A DNA stretch of 59,464 nt from an uncultured Myxococcales bacterium (lineage in GTDB: Bacteria; Myxococcota_A; Polyangia; Fen-1088): positions 1 to 59,464 of the forward strand of contig CAZBIU010000001.1 of NCBI GenBank assembly GCA_964491625.1, in the 5' to 3' direction. Under the pieces are notes generated by a model that was not told the origin of the DNA, made no database searches, and saw only the letters and a program-made list of their open reading frames with translations. The stretch's first letter is position 1, and each line of letters begins with the position of its first letter. Shown piece after piece: positions 27,782 to 37,458 of the stretch. The position numbers and the translations under genes are program-made.

Positions 27782-28735
27782 CTACAGCGAATCCAGGAAG
27801 GGCTTCACGACTTCGGACCATTCGTCTTCGGGCACCGAAAGGGTGCTATCGTGGCCCTGACCAGGAAACGCATAGAGGTACTTGGGACCGACCAGGGCAT
27901 GAAGGATGGCACGGGTCTCCTCGTCGGTGACCGTGGAATCCTCGGCTCCTCGCAGAAGAAATGTGGGACAAGAGATTTTGGCCGCGTAGTCCACGGGATT
28001 GTGTGCAAATCCGTTGAAACCATTCTGCATACCACCCCAAAACACCAACAGATGAGGTAATCCCCAGGTTGGAAGCCCCATGAGCGAAAACCGATTCTGG
28101 ATGGTGGTGAGCAGTCGCCCGAAGGGGGAATCCGCGATCAGGGCGCGCGGATGGATTCCTTCCACGGCCACCGCGCGCAGCATCGCGACAGCTCCCATGG
28201 AATGGCCAAAGAGCACGGGGGCGGATTCGCCCAAGGTGCTGCGTACCCACGACAAGGTTGCGGCCACGTCCTTGGCTTCGTCCCAGCCAATCGTGGTTCG
28301 ATCCCCTTGCGATCCTCCGCAGCCGCGGAAATCGACAAGCACAGCGGTCCAACCAAGGTCATGGAAGTAGCTGGCCACGTCCAAGAGTTTCGCCTTGCTG
28401 AGGGCGAAGCCATGGAAGAGTACGGCGAGCCCTTTGGGCGAGGGCACAGGAATGACCCATGCCTCCAGCATTCCGGCCTCGCCCTGGAACCGGTGGGTTT
28501 CGTAGGCGAGGCCAATAGATGCGGGAGTCCATTGATTCCGGGGATGAGGAACGGTCGCACCAAGAACCAGCACACGCACCTTGTCGCCGAATGACAGCTC
28601 CTGAGGTGACGGTGTCTGTTCGCCCGTAGGCGCAAACCGGGTCATCGCACGAGCATGCATGTAGGCCAGGAAATTGGGCGTGGCGAGGCCAACGACAAGG
28701 CACCCGATCCATCGTCGTCGCCAGTTGCGTGACAC
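27782..28735 (-). CDS. Alpha/beta-fold hydrolase (membrane-anchored serine hydrolase)
   Basis: GTG start at 28735. N-terminal TM helix, LAVLFHGF oxyanion region, nucleophile elbow FGHSMGA, C-terminal GQGHD. 16-nt gap to the CPBP gene. Confidence 0.8.
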   Translation of the reverse strand: MSRNWRRRWIGCLVVGLATPNFLAYMHARAMTRFAPTGEQTPSPQELSFGDKVRVLVLGATVPHPRNQWTPASIGLAYETHRFQGEAGMLEAWVIPVPSPKGLAVLFHGFALSKAKLLDVASYFHDLGWTAVLVDFRGCGGSQGDRTTIGWDEAKDVAATLSWVRSTLGESAPVLFGHSMGAVAMLRAVAVEGIHPRALIADSPFGRLLTTIQNRFSLMGLPTWGLPHLLVFWGGMQNGFNGFAHNPVDYAAKISCPTFLLRGAEDSTVTDEETRAILHALVGPKYLYAFPGQGHDSTLSVPEDEWSEVVKPFLDSL

Positions 28736-28910
28736 GCATCCAGTGTTCAGGAACGCGTGGTTTCCACGCGCCCAAAGATCACCGTTCGGGAATCGTTCAC
28801 CGCGGGGGAGCGGCCACTACATGCCTCCCTGCCGAGGGATGTGGGTCAGGGATTCTCCAGAGGGGGCGTTTTCTTTGTAAGGAAGGCCCCCTCTATGGGA
28901 CAAGTCAGGC

Positions 28911-31283
28911 ATGACCAAACCGGCTCTTTATGCAACCGTTGGTGTTTCGCTCTGCACAATCGCCTCTTTGGGTTGCGGCTCCGACCCGCTTGCGGGCGAT
29001 AATTCTGCTAGCTATCCCGATAGCAGCACCGGGACGAGCGTTGCCACAGGCGGGACAAGCACAGCCACAGGTGGGGCCGGCGTCACACCAGACGCCCCCA
29101 ATGCGGCCGGTGCAGGGGGCGCTGGCGGCACGGGGGGCGCTGGTGGCGTCGTCAGCACAGTCGGGAAGTCGTGCGACATGATCGTGTCGACCGCGTTCAA
29201 TCAAGTCGACATCAACACGACCTCCAGCGTCTGCCCGAGTGGGCTTTGCCTCCAGTCGGTTTTCGATCCGGATGCGGCGGTCCTGTCGCCTTCCACCGGT
29301 CCGACCTGTACCGCGGAGTGCAGCAGCGATTCCGACTGTAAAGGCGAGCTGCGCGACCCAAGCAATCCTGCCGACCAGCGCTGCGCGGGCGGCTTCGCGT
29401 GCGCGGTGCCCTTCGTGGTCGGTCCGCTCTGCTGCCAGCACCTGTGCGTTTGCAAGGATTTCCTGGGGCCTTCCGGCGCCTCCACGCCCATCGCGTGCAC
29501 CGGTCCAAACCCGACTGCAAGTTGCCAGAATACGACAGAGCAAACCTCGAGCACTGGGAGCCCAACGATTGTGCAACAGACGGACCTGTACATTGCGGTC
29601 TCGACAGTCCGCAAGCTCGATCTGGTGTTCATGATCGACAACTCGCCCTCCATGGCGCCCAAGGTCGCCAAGATGAATAGGAACTTCCCGACCCTGCTCA
29701 CGGCGCTGAAGGATCCAGTCGATGGAACCTATCCGGATCTGCGCGTCGCCATCATCGACAGCGACCTCGGCACAGGCGGAAGGTACGACAGCGGCTCCTG
29801 TGGCCCCAACGATACCAACAACCACAGCGCCTTCGGTGACGTCGGCGACTTCCAGATGCGCAACGCCAGCGGATGCGGCGTGACCGATTCAAACGCGCTC
29901 TGGCTCGAGTACACCAAGGGGTCTCCGGTGAACTACCAGAATCCCGCCAACGGCGACATCTCCCAGGTCTTCGGCTGCCTGGCCACCAATCTCGGCACGG
30001 TTGGGTGCGGAATGGAGCACTCGCTGCAGTCCTTCGAGTTCGCCCTCGTCGCGCAAAACTTGCACGATGCCAACTCCGAGCCATCGCGCTACGGCGTGCA
30101 GAACACCTTCCTCCGCCCGTCGGCCTACCTTGGCTTGGTCCTTCTCAGCGACGAGGATGATTGTTCCGCAGCCACCAACGACGGCATGTTTGGCGACATC
30201 CCGGAACTACGCGGCGAATCAGCCAGCCTCCGCTGCGCCACGCGTGCCCACCAGTGCACCGGCCGGAATATGAACACCGACCCGCCCAATTATCCAACTG
30301 ACGCCAAGTTCGAAACCGACTTCGTAAACTGCTCGGCGCGGACCGACGCCTGTCCCAACCCCACCGACGGCGACTCGGCCGGAACCGACACCAGCGTGCC
30401 GACCGATTGCAGTCCACTGAAGAACATCCGCCATTTGGCTGACGAGATCAAGAGCCTGAAGGCCCTCCCGAACGATCAGATTCTGGTCGCCGGCATCTTC
30501 GGATGGCCGCGCATGATGGTCGATAGCGCCGGCAAGCCTGTCCTCGATGCGAGCGGCAAGCCCCAGTTCGACATGGCCAATGCCAAGTACAAGATCGACA
30601 AGACGCCCAACCCGAATACCGCCGACACCGCTCACGCCCAGGTTTGGGACTACTGGCCGGTCTGCTACGATCCCGATCATCTACCCCAAGGGGGCGGCGA
30701 GGCCTTTGACCAGGCGGCCTGGGGCTGGGGCGCGCAAGGCGGGTTGCGAATGTCGGCCTTCATCGACGAATTCGGCGACAACGGCCTCAAGTCCAGCATC
30801 TGCGAGCGTGACTTCTCCTACGCCATGCAAAGCATCGGAAACGCCATCGCCAGGAAGGTGCAGAATCTGTGCGTGGATGCCAAGCTGTACAACACGGACT
30901 ACGCCAACGACCCGAATCCCGCGACCGCGGCCGACTTGCAGAAGGGCGCTGACTGCCGGGTGGCCTATCGCTACCAGAATGTCGACATTACGGGCCGAAT
31001 CACCTACACGGAAGATCCAGCGTCGCTGCGCAGGTGCCAGCCCGGCGAGACCAATGGCCACCTGAACCAGAACGCAGATTGTTGGCAGCTGATTGTCGAC
31101 AAGAGCAAGTGCCCGAGCAACGGCCAGATGATTCAGACTTTGCGAACCGCTGACGAGGTTGCCGCTGGACCACTTGCGGAGGGGACCAAGATTGGCATGC
31201 AGTGTCGGACCTGCCCAGGCGATATCAGCACGCTCGCCACGACCTCAGACACGTACCGGGCCTGTAACTACAGCGCGTTCTAG
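28911..31283 (+). CDS. Large lipoprotein with Cys-rich N-terminal region and vWA-like (MIDAS) domain
   Basis: 790 aa. LCTIASLGCGS (lipobox), a short Gly/Thr linker, a Cys-rich segment, then LDLVFMIDNSPSM (DxSxS MIDAS motif). Confidence 0.6.
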   Translation: MTKPALYATVGVSLCTIASLGCGSDPLAGDNSASYPDSSTGTSVATGGTSTATGGAGVTPDAPNAAGAGGAGGTGGAGGVVSTVGKSCDMIVSTAFNQVDINTTSSVCPSGLCLQSVFDPDAAVLSPSTGPTCTAECSSDSDCKGELRDPSNPADQRCAGGFACAVPFVVGPLCCQHLCVCKDFLGPSGASTPIACTGPNPTASCQNTTEQTSSTGSPTIVQQTDLYIAVSTVRKLDLVFMIDNSPSMAPKVAKMNRNFPTLLTALKDPVDGTYPDLRVAIIDSDLGTGGRYDSGSCGPNDTNNHSAFGDVGDFQMRNASGCGVTDSNALWLEYTKGSPVNYQNPANGDISQVFGCLATNLGTVGCGMEHSLQSFEFALVAQNLHDANSEPSRYGVQNTFLRPSAYLGLVLLSDEDDCSAATNDGMFGDIPELRGESASLRCATRAHQCTGRNMNTDPPNYPTDAKFETDFVNCSARTDACPNPTDGDSAGTDTSVPTDCSPLKNIRHLADEIKSLKALPNDQILVAGIFGWPRMMVDSAGKPVLDASGKPQFDMANAKYKIDKTPNPNTADTAHAQVWDYWPVCYDPDHLPQGGGEAFDQAAWGWGAQGGLRMSAFIDEFGDNGLKSSICERDFSYAMQSIGNAIARKVQNLCVDAKLYNTDYANDPNPATAADLQKGADCRVAYRYQNVDITGRITYTEDPASLRRCQPGETNGHLNQNADCWQLIVDKSKCPSNGQMIQTLRTADEVAAGPLAEGTKIGMQCRTCPGDISTLATTSDTYRACNYSAF

Positions 31284-31357
31284 CCCAGCCTGGGCAAAGC
31301 GCGGACCGCCCGCGCGAAAGTTCAGCCCTTGCGCGGGTTCGGAATTAGGATGCGGGC

Positions 31358-32239
31358 ATGGACCTACGTCGCCGTCTCGCATGTTTGCTCGCTTGCGCGC
31401 TTGGCGCTTGCGCAACCGGTTCGGCCGGAAGCAAGCCCGCCACACCCGAAAGCCCTCCTCGACTGGAGTACGAGCCCGCCGAGCCTGACGGCGTGACCGG
31501 TCTTCCGTCGCCGTGCGGGCTGACCATCGTGGGCAACGCGGGCGAGCTTCACTTCCGCATGGAGCTGGCCGGCGGGCGCGTGGGTGTGCGCCACGACGCC
31601 GGCACCGACGCGTTCGTGGTGGACGGCCTCGTGGTGAAGGTGACCACCATGGCCAGCAACCAGATCAGTCCCGCCGCGCGGGATCTCGTTGGCATCGATC
31701 TTCTGCGCAAGCACGCCGAGTTCGAAAGCGCGCGCCTGTCGGAAACCCTCGGGCGCGACGTGAAGCCCGAGGAAATCGAAATCCTTGCCTCGGACACCAT
31801 GCCGTCCGGGTTGCTCTGGTGGTCGCCCGGCGCTGCCGCCGCCCAAGCGCCCACCGATGTCCAACCCGCCGGCTTCGATGGCACGGACGCCGCTCAGGCT
31901 GCCGCGCCTGCCAACCCCGCCGACCCGCACGCCGTCGAGCCCGAGCGTCCCACCGGCATCGCTTACCTGACCGCCGCCTACGGCCGCCGTGTCCTGGTGC
32001 TGTCCGTGCAGGGCTTGCGGGGCGAGCCCCAGTCCACCTTGGTCGCCAAGGCGAAAGCTTGGATAGCCAGCCTCACCACCGCCTCGCGCCGCATCTCGGT
32101 CCGGCACGTGCGCGCGGAAATCCAAGCTGCCGAGGCCGCCGGCCAAACCTGCCCGGGCCGCCCCAACGCCATCGTCGAGCCGCAGCCCGCCGTCGAAGTG
32201 AAGCCGGCCAGCGCCGCGCCCGCACCGCGGACCCCGTGA
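31358..32239 (+). CDS. Hypothetical lipoprotein
   Basis: MDLRRRLACLLACALGACATGS carries a signal peptide and lipobox. No recognisable domain. Ala/Pro-rich C-terminus. Confidence 0.5.
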   Translation: MDLRRRLACLLACALGACATGSAGSKPATPESPPRLEYEPAEPDGVTGLPSPCGLTIVGNAGELHFRMELAGGRVGVRHDAGTDAFVVDGLVVKVTTMASNQISPAARDLVGIDLLRKHAEFESARLSETLGRDVKPEEIEILASDTMPSGLLWWSPGAAAAQAPTDVQPAGFDGTDAAQAAAPANPADPHAVEPERPTGIAYLTAAYGRRVLVLSVQGLRGEPQSTLVAKAKAWIASLTTASRRISVRHVRAEIQAAEAAGQTCPGRPNAIVEPQPAVEVKPASAAPAPRTP

Positions 32240-32266
32240 CCGAAACGTACAGCGCCCTCGGCGGCG

Positions 32267-32947
32267 CTATTTCTTCTGCTTCGCGGCGGCCATGCGCGCT
32301 TCCAGCTCTTTGCGCCTGGCTTTGTAGAAGCTGACTTCCTTGTGGCCGGCCCAGCGCAGGCCGGCTTCAGGCGTGGCGGCGCCACTCGATTTCAGACATT
32401 CGTCGAGAACAGCGTAACGGCTGTCTTCGGACTTCATCGCGGGCAAGGTCTTCTTGCACAGGGCTTCGACCTCGGCGGCCTGCTTCTGCGCGGTGTACGC
32501 CCGGGCCAGCAAGGTGAACGCGCGCAGGTTGGGCCGCGCTTCAACCGATTCCTGCAGGGCCGCGACGGCGGCCGGCTGCTGCTCGGCGGCCAACAACATT
32601 TCCCCCTTGCGCATGAGCAGATCGGCCGCTTCGTCAGGCTTGGCCTCTTTGGCTTTGTCGAGGCACTGCACGGCCTCATCCACCAAATTCGGCGCCAGGG
32701 TTCGGCGCTTCGGCACCCCCTGGTTGTAAAGCACGGTCACTTGCACGGCGAAATCAGTGGCCTCGATCGAGCCGCCCGGTGCAGCCAGCGCTCGGGTCCG
32801 CATCTTGTCCATGCGCTCGACCAGCTTGTCGTCGTTCGCGGTAGCCAGATCGGATGGGCCGGCCTGCGTCTGCTTCTTGAACAAGCAGCCAGCCAGCGAA
32901 AAGCCGGTCAAAATGGCTAACGCCAGAGCGCTTCCACGAGCACGCAT
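32267..32947 (-). CDS. Hypothetical lipoprotein, helical-repeat (TPR-like)
   Basis: Internal ATG 32947 gives MRARGSALALAILTGFSLAGC (lipobox). The rest is helical-repeat-like with a Lys-rich tail. Confidence 0.5.
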   Translation of the reverse strand: MRARGSALALAILTGFSLAGCLFKKQTQAGPSDLATANDDKLVERMDKMRTRALAAPGGSIEATDFAVQVTVLYNQGVPKRRTLAPNLVDEAVQCLDKAKEAKPDEAADLLMRKGEMLLAAEQQPAAVAALQESVEARPNLRAFTLLARAYTAQKQAAEVEALCKKTLPAMKSEDSRYAVLDECLKSSGAATPEAGLRWAGHKEVSFYKARRKELEARMAAAKQKK

Positions 32948-33179
32948 GTCTGTCGAATTGCTCACGGCTGTCTCCTGCAAGTTGGATGCACACACCCTAG
33001 CAGAAGCGCTCGGCCAGCAAAAGGGCCGCACGAACCTCGCCTTACTGTAGTTTGTCCCGCGTGCAACGGATTCGCCAGCACCGAGTTGGTGACAGCCCAT
33101 CCCGACGCGCGTCAAGCTCCGACGGAAACGTCCCCCGCGCTCACGACATCAGAAGGGCTGCAACACAGATGAGGTAGCC

Positions 33180-34259
33180 ATGTCGAAGACAAACACATCC
33201 TTCCTTCTGGCGCTGATCGCGGCCGCCGGTTTTGCTTCAGGCTGCAGCCAAGCGGCGGGCCAGACGCGCGGCGCCCCAACAGCCTCCGCCCCCGTCGAGG
33301 CGCCACTGGCTGTGGCGTCGATCGTTTCGGTTCCGCGCGTGATCGTCCTCTCCGGCACGCTGGCTGGTAACGAGCAGGCCAAGGTCGCCGCCGGCGCCGT
33401 CGGCAAGGTGCTCGCCACCTACGTCGAACGCGGTCAATTCGTGAAGAAGGGTGCTCTGCTGGCGCAGCTCGATCCGCGCGCGGTCCGCGCCCAGGCGGAA
33501 GAGGCGGTGGCGCAGCTGGAATCGCTGCGCGCCCAGCGCGCGCAAGCGTTGCTCGATTGCGAGCGTTCGCAGCGCATGTTCGACAAGGGCGCGGTGGCCA
33601 AGGCCGATTACGACCGGACGCACACCCAGTGCGAGACCAGCAAATGGTCGGTCTCTGCTGCGGAAGCGCGCAAGAGCCTTACCAGCGAGGCGTTGCACGA
33701 CACGCAAATCCGCGCGCCATTTTCCGGCATGATCGTGGAACGCAACGTGACCGCCGGCGAATACGTTCACGCTGATTCGACGGTGGCAACCCTGGTCGAC
33801 GTGGACGCGCTTCGGGTCGAGCTGACAGTTCCCGAATCGGCGGTGGCGCAGGTGAAACAAAGCATGAAAGTCTTGTTCCGGGTCGCCGCGACGCCGGACA
33901 GCCGCAGTTACGAGGGCAAGCTGCGCTACATAGGACCCTCGGTCAGACAGCAGACCCGCGACGCAGTGGTGGAAGCAGTGGTGGAAAACCCGACGCACGA
34001 GCTGCGGCCCGGCATGTTCGTAACCGCAAAGCTAGAGCTGGGCCAGGAGAACCTACCCTCGGTTCCGGCCAGCGCCGTGTTTACCGAGGGTAGTCAGCGC
34101 CACGTCTTCGTGGCAGTGAACGGCCGCGTCGAGGATCGCTTGGTGCAAGTGGCGGAAGCGGCGCGCGGGCTGGTGCCGGTGATTGACGGCCTAAAGACCG
34201 GCGAGCGCGTGGTGGCCCAACTTGGTCCCGAAATCCGTGACGGCGTCCGCCTGAAGTGA
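33180..34259 (+). CDS. Efflux RND transporter periplasmic adaptor (HlyD/AcrA-type MFP)
   Basis: Lipoprotein signal LIAAAGFASGCSQ. Coiled-coil hairpin segment (LESLRAQRAQALLDCERSQRMFDKGAVAKADYD), IRAPFSGMIVERNV motif. Directly upstream of the RND pump. Confidence 0.85.
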   Translation: MSKTNTSFLLALIAAAGFASGCSQAAGQTRGAPTASAPVEAPLAVASIVSVPRVIVLSGTLAGNEQAKVAAGAVGKVLATYVERGQFVKKGALLAQLDPRAVRAQAEEAVAQLESLRAQRAQALLDCERSQRMFDKGAVAKADYDRTHTQCETSKWSVSAAEARKSLTSEALHDTQIRAPFSGMIVERNVTAGEYVHADSTVATLVDVDALRVELTVPESAVAQVKQSMKVLFRVAATPDSRSYEGKLRYIGPSVRQQTRDAVVEAVVENPTHELRPGMFVTAKLELGQENLPSVPASAVFTEGSQRHVFVAVNGRVEDRLVQVAEAARGLVPVIDGLKTGERVVAQLGPEIRDGVRLK

Positions 34260-34266
34260 CCGTACC

Positions 34267-37200
34267 ATGCAATGGCTCGCCAGCATCAGCGTAAAGCGCC
34301 CGATCTTTGCCACGGTTTTGATTCTGGTCATCCTGGTGGTTGGACTGGTCGGATACGGCAAGCTCAACATCGACCGCTTTCCCAACGTGGACTTGCCGGT
34401 GGTGTCGGTGACGACCGTTCTGCGCGGCGCGGCCCCCGAGGAGATCGAGACCGAGCTCACCGACCGTATTGAGGAGGCGGTCAACACCATCAGCGCCATC
34501 GATGAATTGCGTTCGACCTCGACCGAGGGCGTGTCGCAGGTGTTCATCACCTTCCTACTCGACAAGAACATCGACATCGCCGCACAAGAGGTGCGCGACC
34601 ACCTGGCCACTATCCTGCCCGATCTGCCCGAGGGGACCGAGACCCCGGTGGTCAGCAAGTTGGACCCTGACGCGGCACCGGTTCTTTTTGTCGCGGTCGA
34701 GTCGACACGACCGATTCGCGAAATTACCGAGCTGGCGGACAAGAAGATTCGCCAGGCGCTGGAAAATGTCTCCGGCGTCGGGCAGGTGTCAATCGTCGGC
34801 GGGCGCAAGCGACAGATCCAGGTCTTCTTGGATCCCAACAAACTGCGTTCGGCGGGCCTGACCGCCGGCGACGTGCAGCGTGCGATCGTTGCCCAGAACG
34901 TGACCGCACCGGGCGGCGCCATCGAAACCGGGCCGCGCCGGTTGGTGTTCCGGGTGCGAGGGCGAGTGACCAGTCCGGACGCGCTCGGGGACGTGGTGGT
35001 CAGGCAATCGGAAAACCATCCCATTATGGTCCGCGATCTGGCCCGCGTGGTGGACGGCGAGGAAGAAGCCGAGAGCGCGGCTTCCCTCGACGGCAAACCG
35101 GCGGTGTTGCTGTCCATTCGCAAGCAGTCGGGCGAAAACAGTGTGGCCGTGGTGGATGCCCTGCGCGAGCGACTAGTTGAATTGGGAAAGTCGCTGCCAT
35201 CCGGCTATCACTTGCAAGTCATTCGTGACAACACCGAGACCACGCGCACCAGCGTGTCGGCCGTGCGCGAGCATCTGGTGCTGGGCGCGCTTTTGGCCGC
35301 CCTGGTGGTGTTGCTGTTCCTCGGCAACCTGCGCAGCACTCTGATTGCGGCGCTGGCGATTCCCACGTCCATCATCGGCACCTTCATGGCGATGTGGGTG
35401 ATGGGCTTCACCATGAACACCATCACGCTGCTGGCGCTGGCGCTGGCGGTAGGCATCGTCATCGACGACGCAATCGTGGTGCTGGAAAACATCTTCCGCT
35501 TCATCGACGAAAAGAAGGTACGTCCCATGCCGGCGGCCATCTATGCCACGCGCGAGATCGGGCTGGCGGTGCTGGCGACCACGCTGTCGCTTTTGGCGGT
35601 GTTCATGCCGGTGGCCTTCATGGGCGGTATTCCGGGGCGCTTCCTCAAGAGCTTCGGCCTGACCATGGCGGCGGCCATTGCGATATCACTCTTCGTCAGC
35701 TTCACCCTCACGCCCATGCTGGCCTCGCGCTGGCTGCGCATGGACCCAAGGCCCGCGCACGAGCGACAGAAATACTTCCTTGAGCGCGTCGTCGACGTTT
35801 TTTATCGACCTATTGAGCGGCTGTACATGAAGCTGCTCGGTTGGGTGATGAACCATCGCTGGGTGGTGGTGGTTGCCGCCGCGGCGACGCTGGGCTCGTG
35901 CTTTCCGCTGATGAAGGCGACGCCCAAGGGATTCTTGCCCAAGAACGACGAGGCGCAATTCGAGATTACGGTGCGTACGTCCGAGGGCACCAGTCTGGCC
36001 GCGACCAATATCGCGGCCGAGCGCATCGCGCGTGAGGTGCGCGACTGGCCCGAGGTGACCGAAACCGTGCTCACCATCGGGGACACGCCCGAAAAGACGC
36101 GCAACCTGGCGCGCATCTTCGTGCGCTTGGTTCCGCCCGACCAGCGACAGTTGTCGCAGGACCAATTGCAGGACAAGGTCCGGCGCGAAATCGTTCCCAA
36201 ACAACCGAAAGAATACCGCATGCAGGTATTGGCGGTCCCGGCCTTCAGTGGCGGAGGCTTCAGTGCGGCCACGGTTCAATACATCATGACCGGACCGGAC
36301 TTGGATCGGCTGGGCGTTATCGCAGGCGAGGCGACCAAGCGCATGAAGGCGATTCCCGGCGCGGTGGACGTGGACACGTCGCTCGTCACTGGCAATCCCG
36401 AGTTGGAAGCCACGGTCAGCAGGCGCAAGGCGGCCGATCTGGGCGTGAACGTGATGGATGTGGCGCAGGCGGCGCAGCTACTGGTGGGTGGGGTCAAGGT
36501 CTCCCGCTACGAGGAACAGGGCAATGAGTACGACATCCTGGTGCGCGCCGACGAGAGCTACCGCAACAGCACCGACGCGCTGGGGCTGCTGAGCGTTCCG
36601 TCCAGCAGGCTCGGCACCGTGCCTTTGCTCGACGTGGTCGACGTGAAGCGCGGCGAGGGCCCGTCGCAGATCAACCGCTACGCGCGCCAGCGCCAGGTCA
36701 CCTTCTACGCCAACACGGCGCCCGGGGTGGGCAACGGCGAGGTCGGCTCGGCCTTCGAGCGAGCCGTCGCGGGCATGAAGCTTCCGCCCGAATACAAAGT
36801 GGTTCCCCTTGGACAATCGAAGGAGATCGGGCGCACCGCGCGCAACTTCGGCATCGCCTTCGCGCTGGCGTTCGTCTTCATGTTCCTGATTCTGGCCGCA
36901 CAATTCGAATCGTGGCTGCACCCGGTGACGATTCTGCTGGCCTTGCCGCTCACGGTTCCGTTCGCGCTGATGTCGCTCTTATTGCTGAAACAGGAGCTCG
37001 ACATCTTCACCATGCTGGGCATCCTGGTGCTGTTCGGGGTGGTGAAGAAGAACGCGATCCTGCAAATCGATCACATCAATCAATTGCGTGCCGAGGGCGT
37101 CCCGCGGCGCGAGGCGATTCTGGAAGGTAACCGCGACCGCTTGCGGCCCATTCTGATGACCACCATGGCCTTCGTGGCCGGCATGTTGCCGCTGGTGATC

Positions 37201-37458
37201 TCGCGCGGCATCGGCGCCGAATTCAACCGTGCCACCGCGGGCCCGGTGGTGGGCGGACAGATTCTGTCCCTGCTCTTGACCCTGCTGGCGACGCCGGTGG
37301 CGTACGAATTGTTTGACGGCGCGGCGGTCAAGCTGCGGCGCCTGTTTAGGGTGAAGGCGCGCCTGCCTTCGGAGACCGGCGCTGACGAGATCATGCCCGC
37401 CATAGCGCCGGCAAACAACAACGGCAGAACCCCGACCCGCGTGGAGGCGGCTTCGTGA
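34267..37458 (+). CDS. RND-family efflux pump, inner-membrane permease (AcrB/HAE1-like)
   Basis: 1063 aa. Motifs LALAVGIVIDDAIVVLENI and LVLFGVVKKNAILQIDH; two large periplasmic loops and 12 TM segments by hydrophobicity. Confidence 0.95.
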   Translation: MQWLASISVKRPIFATVLILVILVVGLVGYGKLNIDRFPNVDLPVVSVTTVLRGAAPEEIETELTDRIEEAVNTISAIDELRSTSTEGVSQVFITFLLDKNIDIAAQEVRDHLATILPDLPEGTETPVVSKLDPDAAPVLFVAVESTRPIREITELADKKIRQALENVSGVGQVSIVGGRKRQIQVFLDPNKLRSAGLTAGDVQRAIVAQNVTAPGGAIETGPRRLVFRVRGRVTSPDALGDVVVRQSENHPIMVRDLARVVDGEEEAESAASLDGKPAVLLSIRKQSGENSVAVVDALRERLVELGKSLPSGYHLQVIRDNTETTRTSVSAVREHLVLGALLAALVVLLFLGNLRSTLIAALAIPTSIIGTFMAMWVMGFTMNTITLLALALAVGIVIDDAIVVLENIFRFIDEKKVRPMPAAIYATREIGLAVLATTLSLLAVFMPVAFMGGIPGRFLKSFGLTMAAAIAISLFVSFTLTPMLASRWLRMDPRPAHERQKYFLERVVDVFYRPIERLYMKLLGWVMNHRWVVVVAAAATLGSCFPLMKATPKGFLPKNDEAQFEITVRTSEGTSLAATNIAAERIAREVRDWPEVTETVLTIGDTPEKTRNLARIFVRLVPPDQRQLSQDQLQDKVRREIVPKQPKEYRMQVLAVPAFSGGGFSAATVQYIMTGPDLDRLGVIAGEATKRMKAIPGAVDVDTSLVTGNPELEATVSRRKAADLGVNVMDVAQAAQLLVGGVKVSRYEEQGNEYDILVRADESYRNSTDALGLLSVPSSRLGTVPLLDVVDVKRGEGPSQINRYARQRQVTFYANTAPGVGNGEVGSAFERAVAGMKLPPEYKVVPLGQSKEIGRTARNFGIAFALAFVFMFLILAAQFESWLHPVTILLALPLTVPFALMSLLLLKQELDIFTMLGILVLFGVVKKNAILQIDHINQLRAEGVPRREAILEGNRDRLRPILMTTMAFVAGMLPLVISRGIGAEFNRATAGPVVGGQILSLLLTLLATPVAYELFDGAAVKLRRLFRVKARLPSETGADEIMPAIAPANNNGRTPTRVEAAS

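Noticed and set aside
31309-31337. Hairpin CCCGCGC-N15-GCGCGGG after 28911..31283 considered as an intrinsic terminator.
   Set aside because: The loop is large (15 nt) and there is no U-tract. It is too weak to call as a feature, though it may still pause transcription before 31358..32239.
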